36,357 nucleotides of DNA from a virus (Duplodnaviria > Caudoviricetes): positions 1 through 36,357 of IMG/VR virus record IMGVR_UViG_3300033067_001192; one strand, given 5' to 3'. Positions 8,400 through 17,950 of the stretch are shown one piece after another. A program made the translations under genes and the position numbers. Below the pieces are notes generated by a model, which saw only the letters and a list, made by a program, of their open reading frames with translations, made no database searches and had not been told where the DNA came from. How positions within the stretch are numbered: the stretch's first letter is position 1; every line of letters starts with the position of its first letter.

Positions 8400-8898
8400 T
8401 AACCTGGGATTGTTTAGTCCAAGGAAGCCGACTCTTAAAGCTCCGGTTAGACGCATCCCAATTGCCGCTCCGGCGCAATTTGGGGGCTACGGCAATGATT
8501 TTTTCCTAACAGGTACGCTAAATGTGCCTGGTGGTCAAGGGCCGGCCGGTCCCACTGGCCCTACTGGCCCAATTGGACTTACTGGCGCAACAGGGCCGAC
8601 AGGACCAGCTGGTACTGTGGGACTAGTTTCAGTAACCGACGTAACAACCACCCCATATAATGCATTGTTAACCGATTATTATCTAGCAGTTGATGTTGCT
8701 GCCGCAGCATCTATCGTTTTACCAGTAAGCCCAACTGGAACTGTTTTTATTATTAAAGATATTGACGGTGATGCTGCAACGAATCCGATTACTATCACAG
8801 CATCTACTACAATCGATGGTGCTGCATCTGCAACGATTACCGCCGACTACGGAAGCGTAACACTCATATTCAATGGTACTGAATGGAATATAGTGTAA
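8392..8898 (+). CDS. Short collagen-like protein with C-terminal beta-rich head domain
   Basis: GQGPAGPTGPTGPIGLTGATGPTGPAG followed by LP..PTGTVFIIKD..G.A..NPITI..TIDG..YGSVTLIFNGTEWNIV. Confidence 0.8.
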   Translation: MFNNLGLFSPRKPTLKAPVRRIPIAAPAQFGGYGNDFFLTGTLNVPGGQGPAGPTGPTGPIGLTGATGPTGPAGTVGLVSVTDVTTTPYNALLTDYYLAVDVAAAASIVLPVSPTGTVFIIKDIDGDAATNPITITASTTIDGAASATITADYGSVTLIFNGTEWNIV

Positions 8899-8928
8899 GA
8901 GTACCATTATAAACATAAAGGAAATAAA

Positions 8929-9327
8929 ATGTCATATACAAATAATGCAACATCAATTCTTGCCGGTACAGGCATTACAGTTGCACCAACTACAGGAACC
9001 GGTGCAAATACAATCACAATTAGTGCTGCGGGCCCTGATATTTTAACGGTTAGGATAGCTACTACGACCCCGGACACAGTGCTAGCAACAGATGAAGTTG
9101 TAAGCTACGAAGTACCGGGCCCAGTCGCAGTAGCAGTAACACTACCGGCCGGAGTCACTGGGCAAGTATTCTATCTTAAAGATGGGTTAGGCTTAGCAGG
9201 TCTATTAACGCCTATTACCATTACACCGGCTGCTGGTACAATTGATGGTGCTGCTACAGCAGTTATCAATGCACCGTATGGCGCACTTACATTAGTCTAC
9301 AGCGGTGTAGAGTGGAAATTAATATAA
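8929..9327 (+). CDS. Small beta-rich fibre-head-like protein, paralog
   Basis: TLPAGVTGQVFYLKD...PITITP..GTIDG...YGALTLVYSGVEWKLI; aaggaaataaaATG. Confidence 0.8.
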   Translation: MSYTNNATSILAGTGITVAPTTGTGANTITISAAGPDILTVRIATTTPDTVLATDEVVSYEVPGPVAVAVTLPAGVTGQVFYLKDGLGLAGLLTPITITPAAGTIDGAATAVINAPYGALTLVYSGVEWKLI

Positions 9328-9333
9328 TATACT

Positions 9334-9801
9334 ATGGCTTACAATAGAGCACCAAGTACTATAATAGCCGGCAGGGCGTTAAAACAAACCCCGCCGCCTA
9401 GTGTATTAGAACCCGCAGGAGTAGTTACTCTCGTAGTCGATGCTGATATTGCTACTACCACAAGCTGTGGGGTTGTGCAAATTGGAAGTGGTCTTAGTAT
9501 CACTCCCACTGGAGTATTATCGGCAACTAGCAGCGGAGGATTGATAAACGTCAAACTTACGGCCATTGATTATCTAGTAGCCGACAAGGATTATTACATT
9601 GGCGCAACAAACAATAATATAAAGATTACATTACCACTGGGAATCCTAGGAAAAGTATATGTGATTAAAAACCAATCATCGGGTAATATCAAGATTGATG
9701 CTACCAATGGTGAAACTTTGGATAGTTCCAACTTTAAAACTATCGGAAGTGAAGCTGCAATAATCGTAGTGTTCGATGGCACACGATGGAACATTATTTA
9801 A
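9334..9801 (+). CDS. Small beta-rich fibre-head-like protein, paralog
   Basis: ATTTSCGVVQIGSGLSITPTGVLSA (fibre shaft repeat); TLPLGILGKVYVIKN...FDGTRWNII. Confidence 0.8.
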   Translation: MAYNRAPSTIIAGRALKQTPPPSVLEPAGVVTLVVDADIATTTSCGVVQIGSGLSITPTGVLSATSSGGLINVKLTAIDYLVADKDYYIGATNNNIKITLPLGILGKVYVIKNQSSGNIKIDATNGETLDSSNFKTIGSEAAIIVVFDGTRWNII

Positions 9802-9812
9802 AAGGAAATAAA

Positions 9813-10511
9813 ATGTACAAAGTAATTACACACACAATCACAGAAGAGCACTTTAATCACCCTAGTATAGTTGAGCATGCTCTTACTCGCGGGAATATTC
9901 ACCCAAAAATGTCAACTAGTATCGTATCAAACGCTATTATAAATTACGATACACTAGCAGCATCTAATTATCGAAATTTAGTTAGATCTTTACTTGAAAC
10001 ATACGTTGCCGATGTAAGGAGTGCAGTAGTTAGTATTATGGGATCGGGGGAAGATACTGGTATTGTTGAAAACAAACTACACCAAACTATAACAGAAATT
10101 GCAGATCGTGTACTCAAGCCCTACTACTCAAGCGATGTTGTTTCTAAAATTGAGCAACATTTAAAAGGGTACACTGTAAGCCTATTAGATATAGCTAAAT
10201 CAGAAAAAAGCGGAAGAAATGTCACTGAGTTTGAAAATACGTTAAAACAACATACTGAAGAACTTGCTATGATGTTAAACACCGTTAATCAGCTATGGAG
10301 CCGAGAAGAGATGCTTAACTATTACACATGGTATTCGCAGGCTGTAAAAGATCAGATTAGGAATCGAAAATCTAAAAACTGGGCTTCAGACCAAGAAGCA
10401 TACGATTATGGGCGTAACGTAATGCTATCTGGTATTCTTAGTAAATTCCCGGGATATTCTCAAGTGTTAGCAAAAGGAGTAATTGCGCAACACGCAGACC
10501 GATTTCGTTAA
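9813..10511 (+). CDS. Helical-bundle protein, paralog 2 of 6910..7611
   Basis: RBS aaggaaataaaATG at 9813 (not 9786); MYKVITHTITEEHFNHP matches MYKKITHDIREEHYDHP; LKPYYS, VNQLWS, LAKGVIAQHADRF. Confidence 0.7.
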   Translation: MYKVITHTITEEHFNHPSIVEHALTRGNIHPKMSTSIVSNAIINYDTLAASNYRNLVRSLLETYVADVRSAVVSIMGSGEDTGIVENKLHQTITEIADRVLKPYYSSDVVSKIEQHLKGYTVSLLDIAKSEKSGRNVTEFENTLKQHTEELAMMLNTVNQLWSREEMLNYYTWYSQAVKDQIRNRKSKNWASDQEAYDYGRNVMLSGILSKFPGYSQVLAKGVIAQHADRFR

Positions 10512-10546
10512 TGGCGAAATGCCCCCAAAGATAAAAAATCCTTAAG

Positions 10547-10566
10547 GAAAGGGCTTAGGCCCTTTC
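10547..10566 (+). terminator. Hairpin ending the accessory module
   Basis: gaaagggc-ttag-gccctttc perfect stem. Confidence 0.6.
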
Positions 10567-10618
10567 GCCTATTATAGCTGCACATAACGATTTACTCGGG
10601 CCCTACTATGTTAAATCA

Positions 10619-10626
10619 CATAAATA
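10619..10626 (+). promoter_or_regulatory. T4-like late promoter
   Basis: CATAAATA about 20 nt upstream of ATG 10647. Confidence 0.55.
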
Positions 10627-10646
10627 ATACAAACAGGGTTTCGGAA

Positions 10647-13600
10647 ATGGCAAAACAACTAAATGATCTATCTCGTATTCAGCAAATTAACATAGGTGTA
10701 AGTCCCAACGATGGTACGGGAGACAATTTGCGCACAGCCTTTGAAAAGATCAACCAAGGATTTGGTGCTATCCTTGACAATCTAGGACAAGGTGTTGCAT
10801 TTTCGGGACTGTCGGACACGCCAGACGGATACGCAATTAATGGAATCGTAACAACAAATGCCAATGCATCGGCACTGATTTACAGATCTGTTATTGGATC
10901 GGACATTGATATTGCGATAGATGACACTAGTATCAGTATTGGATTACCTGACGTTATTTCTAACGAGCATACGTTTGCCGAGAATGTTCGGTTTCTAAAA
11001 GATATTATAGTAACTGGTAATACTATAGTCCAAGACAGCTATATCAACGTTGATGTTTTTGAGACTCGCAATAGAGCAATTATAACAGATACAACGGTAG
11101 CCACAAATAAAACTAGCGGAGCCTTGCAAGTTTCAGGCGGGGCAGGTATTGCTGGCGATGTATATGCAACAACATTCAATGGGGCACTAAACGGATCAGT
11201 GAACGGCACTGTTAGTAGCTTGTCTAACCACAACTCCGATAATTTAGTAGAGGGCTCTACCAACTTGTATTGGACCGCAGCAAGGGCAGCAGCAAATAAA
11301 AAATATATCGACGATAACGATTATTCAAATTCTTCCCCTCTTGCAGGTGTCCTTGGCGAAAATCTTGTGCCACTTTATTCAGATTTTAAGTTTAGTCTCG
11401 GGGCATCGGGATCGTATTCTTTCTTCCTTACAGATGATCAAAATTTTGAAGTAGTGTACTTTCATGGTAATACTCCTACTGGGAACATTCGCCCATTTAG
11501 GGCCTATAGATTTGCTGCTAATCAAGAATTCATCTACGATCCAGAGCCACTAGCTGTATCTTTTGCAGCACCAAACGAGTACGTTAAGCTTTTAATGAAC
11601 GTGGGCACGCAATTTGCATATATTGAATTGCGCAACAATGTGGCCAATACTAGCCGCAAGGTGTTGGCTAAAACTAACGGTAGTAGCAAGAGCATAACTT
11701 GGACGTTAGCGGCCGATGTATCTAGTATAGCTGCTGGTACTACTAACTTTTTCTTACTAGTAAACCCAGATGGCGATCGTATTTTAAAGACAACTATGTC
11801 GGGAACAAGTGTTACTCTCGATGTATATAATAGCAGTTTAACCCTATTGCGCACACAGCAATTATTTACTAGTACAGAAGTCACTAACACTGATCTCAGT
11901 GGACAGGGAAGAACTGTAGGCGATTCATCATTGCCATTTGGTTATAATCCTTTTGGAACTGCTTTTGCGTTTACTTGGAATCGATTCACTAATAATTTCT
12001 TAATGAAGTTGGTAGGATACTATGTTTATACTAGGGCCGACGGCGGGGTTGTGGGACAGAGTTTCGGAAGCACTATATCTTGGAATATACCACAAAGTTG
12101 GTTACATTCGGGTGCCGGGACACCGACAAACTTAATACCAGTTAAATCATCTGGATATCGATATCACAAACTCCCAGACTCAACCTGGGATACTACCGAT
12201 GGAGGCATGGGTACCAGTTACGGAAATGGCGGACAAGGTATTAGTGTTACTACAGACGAATATGCCAAAAGGATTACATTATCCTCAGTTGGTACTTGGA
12301 CAACCACTGGTTTTTCGGTATACGCATTTTACAATCAAGAGTACAAAACAATTGGCGGAAACATGTCGCCAATCTACTCAACATCTGTAAATATTCCCGA
12401 TGCAAGTCCATGGAGTAAGTTAACATATGCTAGCTTCGGTCAAATTATTGACAACAATATACTATTCACCGGAGTAAGTAACAAATTTGGAAGTAAGGCC
12501 GTAGCTGCTAATTTTTCATCATCGGTCTTTAGTTCTATTGTTTCTGCAAACGATACATTAAAGTTAGATCCCACTTCATATGCGTTTGAAACTGGATCAA
12601 ACACTAGTTACTCGACTACGGTGAGAAATGGTACCCCGTATTATTATCAGATTGTTCCCGGTACCGAAGTCCAATCTATTACAGTAGTCAACGGCGTGCG
12701 TATTAAAACTGGAACTGGCTTTACTTTACCAGCGATACCAACTACTGTAGGCGGGGTATCCGGGGTATCAATAGCTGGGCCAATTGTTTATAATGCCAAC
12801 GACAGTGATCGAAAGTTTTGGGCCTTTACTAGCAGTAGCACCGGGCAGTCGTACATTGCTGAATACAGTAACAGTGGCTGGAATACAATACACGGGCCGT
12901 TTTTACAAGATCAAATTGATACTGGCAAGGCCAATCGAGGCGACACAACAAACAACTGGTTTGCTAGCAATGGCACTGTATGTCTAACAGAAAACGGTAG
13001 ATTTTTAGGGCAGTTTGGTGTTTCCCATGTTGGGGGAACAGCATGGTATCAGACTGTGTTTGATGTTAATACAAATACTTGTACTGTTAGAGGGGGCACT
13101 GAGTTTAACAATCCATCTGGTGCATATGGCGGCGTAAGCGGTTATTATGGTACTAGTTTTGGCTATAGTACAGGATTTGGTTATTTTTGTGCCGCCGGCA
13201 GTGGCACACAAACATCAATCGCAATCGTTTCATCAAAAGATATAAGAGGGGTAGGTGCGCCTATTACTGAGGACGAATGGTTCAATAACACCGCAACTCG
13301 ATATGTGATACATTTGTCTGCAGAGCCTACAGTTGGGTTATTTGTGTACCTAAAAACATATCCTCTATTCATTGGCGGGTATTATTCTTCTGTTCCTGAA
13401 CTAAGTTTGCCAGTGGCACCTAATTCTACAAACTACGTTTATGCAGAAAGAAGTCCTACAGATAGAACAGTAATTAACATTACAGTTAGCGTAGACTATC
13501 AGCCTAGTAGTTTTAATAAGGTAGTACTAGGCGAAGTAATTACTAATGCAGATAAAGTTACATCTGCAACTTCTTATGCAATTGATGGGGGCAAGAGTTC

Positions 13601-13679
13601 GCTAATTGAATCAGTTAACTTGCTTAAAAGTCAAGTTGCTGCACTAACTACAGAAATCAATATACTAAAAGGCCTATAA
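10647..13679 (+). CDS. Baseplate-attached tail fibre/spike protein
   Basis: N-terminal QQINIGVSPNDGTGDNLRTAFEKIN (T4 gp9/gp10-like motif); SGALQVSGGAGI and DNLVEGSTNLYWT fibre motifs; G/S/T/aromatic-rich body; C-terminal coiled coil. Confidence 0.75.
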   Translation: MAKQLNDLSRIQQINIGVSPNDGTGDNLRTAFEKINQGFGAILDNLGQGVAFSGLSDTPDGYAINGIVTTNANASALIYRSVIGSDIDIAIDDTSISIGLPDVISNEHTFAENVRFLKDIIVTGNTIVQDSYINVDVFETRNRAIITDTTVATNKTSGALQVSGGAGIAGDVYATTFNGALNGSVNGTVSSLSNHNSDNLVEGSTNLYWTAARAAANKKYIDDNDYSNSSPLAGVLGENLVPLYSDFKFSLGASGSYSFFLTDDQNFEVVYFHGNTPTGNIRPFRAYRFAANQEFIYDPEPLAVSFAAPNEYVKLLMNVGTQFAYIELRNNVANTSRKVLAKTNGSSKSITWTLAADVSSIAAGTTNFFLLVNPDGDRILKTTMSGTSVTLDVYNSSLTLLRTQQLFTSTEVTNTDLSGQGRTVGDSSLPFGYNPFGTAFAFTWNRFTNNFLMKLVGYYVYTRADGGVVGQSFGSTISWNIPQSWLHSGAGTPTNLIPVKSSGYRYHKLPDSTWDTTDGGMGTSYGNGGQGISVTTDEYAKRITLSSVGTWTTTGFSVYAFYNQEYKTIGGNMSPIYSTSVNIPDASPWSKLTYASFGQIIDNNILFTGVSNKFGSKAVAANFSSSVFSSIVSANDTLKLDPTSYAFETGSNTSYSTTVRNGTPYYYQIVPGTEVQSITVVNGVRIKTGTGFTLPAIPTTVGGVSGVSIAGPIVYNANDSDRKFWAFTSSSTGQSYIAEYSNSGWNTIHGPFLQDQIDTGKANRGDTTNNWFASNGTVCLTENGRFLGQFGVSHVGGTAWYQTVFDVNTNTCTVRGGTEFNNPSGAYGGVSGYYGTSFGYSTGFGYFCAAGSGTQTSIAIVSSKDIRGVGAPITEDEWFNNTATRYVIHLSAEPTVGLFVYLKTYPLFIGGYYSSVPELSLPVAPNSTNYVYAERSPTDRTVINITVSVDYQPSSFNKVVLGEVITNADKVTSATSYAIDGGKSSLIESVNLLKSQVAALTTEINILKGL

Positions 13680-16471
13680 TGAACGTACCAATTTGGAAAA
13701 CTCCCAAGGACTTAGGTGTATTAGCCAGTGGATCTTATTTTGAAAAATCTATAGAAGCCATTAGTACTGGGTATCCTGTCACTTACAGTGTAATTTCTGG
13801 TGAACTGCCTACAGGAATACACCTAACTGAAAATGGCACGTTAGTAGGAGTCCCTACCATCACTGGCACAGAATCCAATCTCCTGGGTACCTTCACTGTT
13901 AGGGCTAGGAATAGTCTAGGCAAAATAGCCGATAGAACATTTAAGATAACAGTATCGGGCGTACAACCTCCAACAATACTTTCGGCTACTACAGACCTAG
14001 GAGTGCAGTATGACGGGCTGTATTTCCGTCATCAACTTGTGGCGCTGGACGAAGGAAATACCAACAATCTACATTGGAAGTTTATTAGAGGTAGATTACC
14101 TCCGGGAATTACACTAAGCCCCAATGGGTTATTGGAAGGGGTGTTTTACCAGAATAAAGTAGAAACAGCAGCATTTGAAAAAATGGGTTGGGACAAACTT
14201 GGCTGGGACAAATTTATGTTTGACTTTATTAGTCAACACTCTGATACAAATTACGAGTTTACTGTTGAACTAAGTGACGGTATTAACTACAGTCGACAAA
14301 CTTATTCTCTCAAACTAATTGCTAGGGCGTTACTAACTGGTGATAGGGTTTTGCGCACCATGGATGAAACAGAAGTATCTGTAGACCATGACAACATCAA
14401 CTTGCCATTTGTTACAACAATGCCGCAAGTGCTGTCACAAATTAAGCCCGAAACATCGAGACAGGACACGTACTTTGCTTACAAGTTTGATGCACTTGAT
14501 CTTGACGGCGAAGAAATTTACTTTGAGATTACTAGTCCAGATGAGAGGGGCTATGACCAGGATGGTGAAATTGGCTTTGACATGGACGAGTTTGACAGCA
14601 GTGATTATCCTATGCCCAAATACCTAGGCCTAGATAATCACACCGGCTGGTATACTGGAAAGTTAGGTAAGCAAGTCGATCACAAGGAAGACTATCAGTT
14701 TCAGATTTATGCAAGGAAAGCCTACGACCGAAACTTGCAAGGTTACAGAAGTAACTTTGTTGTTTCTGTACTAGGTCAAGTTGACGAGAACATTACTTGG
14801 GCTACTGACTCAAACTTAGGCAGCATTGACAATGGTGCAATATGTATTTTGCGAGTCAATGCCATACACAGTGCCGGTCGTGATGTCGAATACTACTTAA
14901 AAAGTGACGGCGGGCGCACACCCCAAGGTGTTGTACTACAAAAGAGCGGTATGCTGAGTGGGCGAGTTACTTTTGAGTACTTCCATTTTGACAATGCAGA
15001 TACTACTATAGATGACAATAAAACTACCTTTGATCGTGTTCATAAATTTACAGTAGTAGCACAAACTCCTAATCGTAGTGCATATAGCGAACGCACATTT
15101 ACATTAACAGTTGATCGTGTAAATCAAAAGCCCTTTGAGAATCTATATCTCAAAGGATTCCCCAACAGGGACCAGCGTATCTTGTTTAAGAGCATCATGG
15201 ACAGGCAAGACTTGTTTCCCGATCCGCTGATATACCGTCTAGATGATCCGTACTACGGCAAAGCAGTTGACTTACGATTCCTGTTTTTGGCAGGTATCGA
15301 CACGGCCGATGTTGCTACATATATTGAGGCCATGAGTAAGAACCATTATACCAAAACAGTACTGTTTGGCGATGTCAAGACGGCAGTTGCGTTAGACGAT
15401 CACTACAACGTTCAATACGAGGTAGTCTATTTAGATGTAATTGACGAGCAAGAGGGCCGCGATCCTGTTACTGGAAGACCGGCACCGCCAGCGCAATCAA
15501 TAAGTCTTGCTAAAAATAAGAACAAATATATAGTCAACGATCAGCCCGTGCTAGAGTTTACGCCTAATGCGTTAGGCAACATGAGTAAACGTATCGAAGA
15601 AGTCATGGGTGTTGTAAATCCCAACACACTGCCTGCATGGATGACCTGTCCACAGCCTAGTTCGGTACCGGGACGATACGAGACTCCTCTGGGATATACT
15701 AGGGCAGTGGTGCTAGCATATACAGTGCCCGGGGCCAGTAAGCTAATTGCTTATAGGTTAAAAAATGCCAATTTTACATTTAACAGTATCCCATTCAAGA
15801 CTGACCGATATCAACTAGATAACTATCTATCGACTAACTTTGATTTGGATCTGGGCAAATTTATCCCAGGAATAGAGACCACAATAGATGCAGTCCCAAG
15901 CATTGCTCAGAGGTACAGAGATATGGGACTCGTTGACTATGCAGTAGTCGCGGCCTATGACGAAATCAACAATCAAACAGTAGACACGATCGTAGCCAAT
16001 GGTAGTATTGATGGTGCAACTGAATTGGCCGACGGCCAAACACTAATCTTTTATCAGCAAGATCAATTCCCTGCAGAAATCCCAGGGTACATAGACAGTA
16101 TTATATCCGGATCCGAAAACGAGCGTTCGGCTGTATACACTATCAACATTGGCGACGACCAAACAGTCACACTAACTTTGCTAAGATTAACCCAGCCCGG
16201 GGATGTGATTACCGTCCTTCACGGTATGACTTATGCAAAGCGCCGACTGAATTTTGAAGCATATGCGCTACACGGGTTTGTCCCGCGCTGGTGGACATTT
16301 ACTAAAGAGTTAACGTATGATTCAGTCAGCACCGATAGTTTGATCAAACCTCACAGAGAAACTACGTTTGATCAGCGTGGTACTAGATTCTTTAGCTACA
16401 GAGATCATTATGCAGACCTTGATTCAACGGCTAAATACATAAAGTTTCCAAAAGACGGAGTATTCATTTAA
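13679..16471 (+). CDS. Large virion structural protein with putative Ig (He_PIG-like) repeats, likely baseplate
   Basis: Repeated YSVISGELPTGIHLTENGTLVGVP, GRLPPGITLSPNGLLEG, GRTPQGVVLQKSGMLSG and FTV.A...DRTF motifs. Confidence 0.75.
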   Translation: MNVPIWKTPKDLGVLASGSYFEKSIEAISTGYPVTYSVISGELPTGIHLTENGTLVGVPTITGTESNLLGTFTVRARNSLGKIADRTFKITVSGVQPPTILSATTDLGVQYDGLYFRHQLVALDEGNTNNLHWKFIRGRLPPGITLSPNGLLEGVFYQNKVETAAFEKMGWDKLGWDKFMFDFISQHSDTNYEFTVELSDGINYSRQTYSLKLIARALLTGDRVLRTMDETEVSVDHDNINLPFVTTMPQVLSQIKPETSRQDTYFAYKFDALDLDGEEIYFEITSPDERGYDQDGEIGFDMDEFDSSDYPMPKYLGLDNHTGWYTGKLGKQVDHKEDYQFQIYARKAYDRNLQGYRSNFVVSVLGQVDENITWATDSNLGSIDNGAICILRVNAIHSAGRDVEYYLKSDGGRTPQGVVLQKSGMLSGRVTFEYFHFDNADTTIDDNKTTFDRVHKFTVVAQTPNRSAYSERTFTLTVDRVNQKPFENLYLKGFPNRDQRILFKSIMDRQDLFPDPLIYRLDDPYYGKAVDLRFLFLAGIDTADVATYIEAMSKNHYTKTVLFGDVKTAVALDDHYNVQYEVVYLDVIDEQEGRDPVTGRPAPPAQSISLAKNKNKYIVNDQPVLEFTPNALGNMSKRIEEVMGVVNPNTLPAWMTCPQPSSVPGRYETPLGYTRAVVLAYTVPGASKLIAYRLKNANFTFNSIPFKTDRYQLDNYLSTNFDLDLGKFIPGIETTIDAVPSIAQRYRDMGLVDYAVVAAYDEINNQTVDTIVANGSIDGATELADGQTLIFYQQDQFPAEIPGYIDSIISGSENERSAVYTINIGDDQTVTLTLLRLTQPGDVITVLHGMTYAKRRLNFEAYALHGFVPRWWTFTKELTYDSVSTDSLIKPHRETTFDQRGTRFFSYRDHYADLDSTAKYIKFPKDGVFI

Positions 16472-17050
16472 ATGAGCAATATTAACTACACAAACATCGA
16501 CGGTAATTATCCAGTAGCTGGTCAAGACAACGATAGTCAAGGATTCAGAGACAACTTTACCAACATCAAAAACAACTTGCGTTATGCAGCAGATGAACTA
16601 ACAGAATTGCAAAATAAAGCAATTCTTAAGAGTGCATTGACTGGATCTGAGCTAAACAACGACTTCAACAATGCAACATTGTATCGTCCCAAACTTCGAG
16701 CAGCATCCACTACATTTAAAGATCACGGAAGCACAGCAAACGTTATTGTTAGCTTTCTTGAGGGCGAGTTTCAAAAGGTCACATTAAGTGGCACAACTGC
16801 AACTATTGCACTAAACGACTTTCCGGCATCCGGAACAGCTGGCACCCTTCGACTATGGATTCGCGTAAACTTTGCTGTCAATCAATCAGCATTGGTACTA
16901 AGTTGGCCTAGCAGTGTAACGCTAACTGGCGGAATCACTGGGTTTGATCCCTCTGCCAAAACATCAACATTCTCCGCAGCCGGAGATTACTTGTTCGAAT
17001 TAGTTACCGTTGATGGCGGCACTAACTTTTGGATTATTAAAGTCGCATAA
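16472..17050 (+). CDS. Virion structural protein (tail/baseplate associated)
   Basis: IDGNYPVAGQDNDSQGFRDNF N-terminus, coiled coil and beta-rich C-terminus; operonic with structural genes. Confidence 0.65.
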   Translation: MSNINYTNIDGNYPVAGQDNDSQGFRDNFTNIKNNLRYAADELTELQNKAILKSALTGSELNNDFNNATLYRPKLRAASTTFKDHGSTANVIVSFLEGEFQKVTLSGTTATIALNDFPASGTAGTLRLWIRVNFAVNQSALVLSWPSSVTLTGGITGFDPSAKTSTFSAAGDYLFELVTVDGGTNFWIIKVA

Positions 17051-17054
17051 TTTG

Positions 17055-17083
17055 TTGACTTTGTACGGGTAGTACTATATACT
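17055..17083 (+). promoter_or_regulatory. Sigma70-like early promoter
   Basis: TTGACT-17 nt-TATACT. Confidence 0.75.
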
Positions 17084-17103
17084 ACTCGTACAGGAGTCCA
17101 ATA

Positions 17104-17514
17104 ATGAACAACATCGATTTAAAGCTTTACGAGCAATTCGTAAATGCTGTCACAAGTGCAGAATCAAATAACTACGACCACTTGCATCGTAGAATACAAA
17201 CACTACGCGATACTACCAATGTAAACATTAGTCTATTGATGACTGGTGCGTTTGGCTTGGGTAGCGAAGGTGGCGAGTTCCAAGAAATTGTTAAGAAAAT
17301 TTTGTTCCAAGGGAAACCTTTGGACGAAGCAAACATTTTTCACATGAAGCGTGAATTAGGCGATATTATATGGTACTGGTCTAATGCATGCAGGGCACTA
17401 AACTTGGATCCCAACGAGGTTATTGCAGAAAACGTAACCAAATTAGAGTCACGTTACCCAGGTGGTAAATTTGACGTATATCAAAGCGAAAACAGACAAC
17501 AAGGAGATTTATAA
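17104..17514 (+). CDS. mazG: MazG-like nucleoside triphosphate pyrophosphohydrolase
   Basis: GLGSEGGEFQEIVKK...KRELGDIIWY...NVTKLESRYP. Confidence 0.85.
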   Translation: MNNIDLKLYEQFVNAVTSAESNNYDHLHRRIQTLRDTTNVNISLLMTGAFGLGSEGGEFQEIVKKILFQGKPLDEANIFHMKRELGDIIWYWSNACRALNLDPNEVIAENVTKLESRYPGGKFDVYQSENRQQGDL

Positions 17515-17711
17515 TGTCTACAACTAACGAACAACTACAAGCAACATTTGCAGAATTCTTAACAGAAGATGCAAAATTTACAGCCGGAAATAGCGCAGCA
17601 GGTACTCGCTCCCGCAAAGCATTAGCTGAATTGGGCAAACTTGTTAAGGCACGCCGAAACGAGATTACCGCAGAGAAAAACGCTAGAGCTGAAGCTAAAA
17701 AGGCCAAATAA
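17514..17711 (+). CDS. Histone H1-like (Hc1-type) small basic protein
   Basis: KFTAGNSAAGTRSRKALAELGKLVKARRNEI. Confidence 0.7.
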   Translation: MSTTNEQLQATFAEFLTEDAKFTAGNSAAGTRSRKALAELGKLVKARRNEITAEKNARAEAKKAK

Positions 17712-17713
17712 CT

Positions 17714-17950
17714 ATGCACCCACTTGCACCTGACCTAAGTACATTATCTGATAACGATTTGCATAAGAAGCATGGCGAACTAGTTCAACGACTAGCCCAA
17801 GCTTACCGAATTGGTCCGTTTAGTATTATCGGTCAGTTGCAAATGTTGTTGGAAAACTATAATGCCGAGATTCAACGCCGCAATCAAAAGATCATGGATG
17901 AAATGATGAAAAAAGGCAAAAACATGAGCGGCATTATTGACATCAAATGA
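17714..17950 (+). CDS. Hypothetical protein
   Basis: Tightly packed ORF in operon, helical. Confidence 0.7.
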   Translation: MHPLAPDLSTLSDNDLHKKHGELVQRLAQAYRIGPFSIIGQLQMLLENYNAEIQRRNQKIMDEMMKKGKNMSGIIDIK

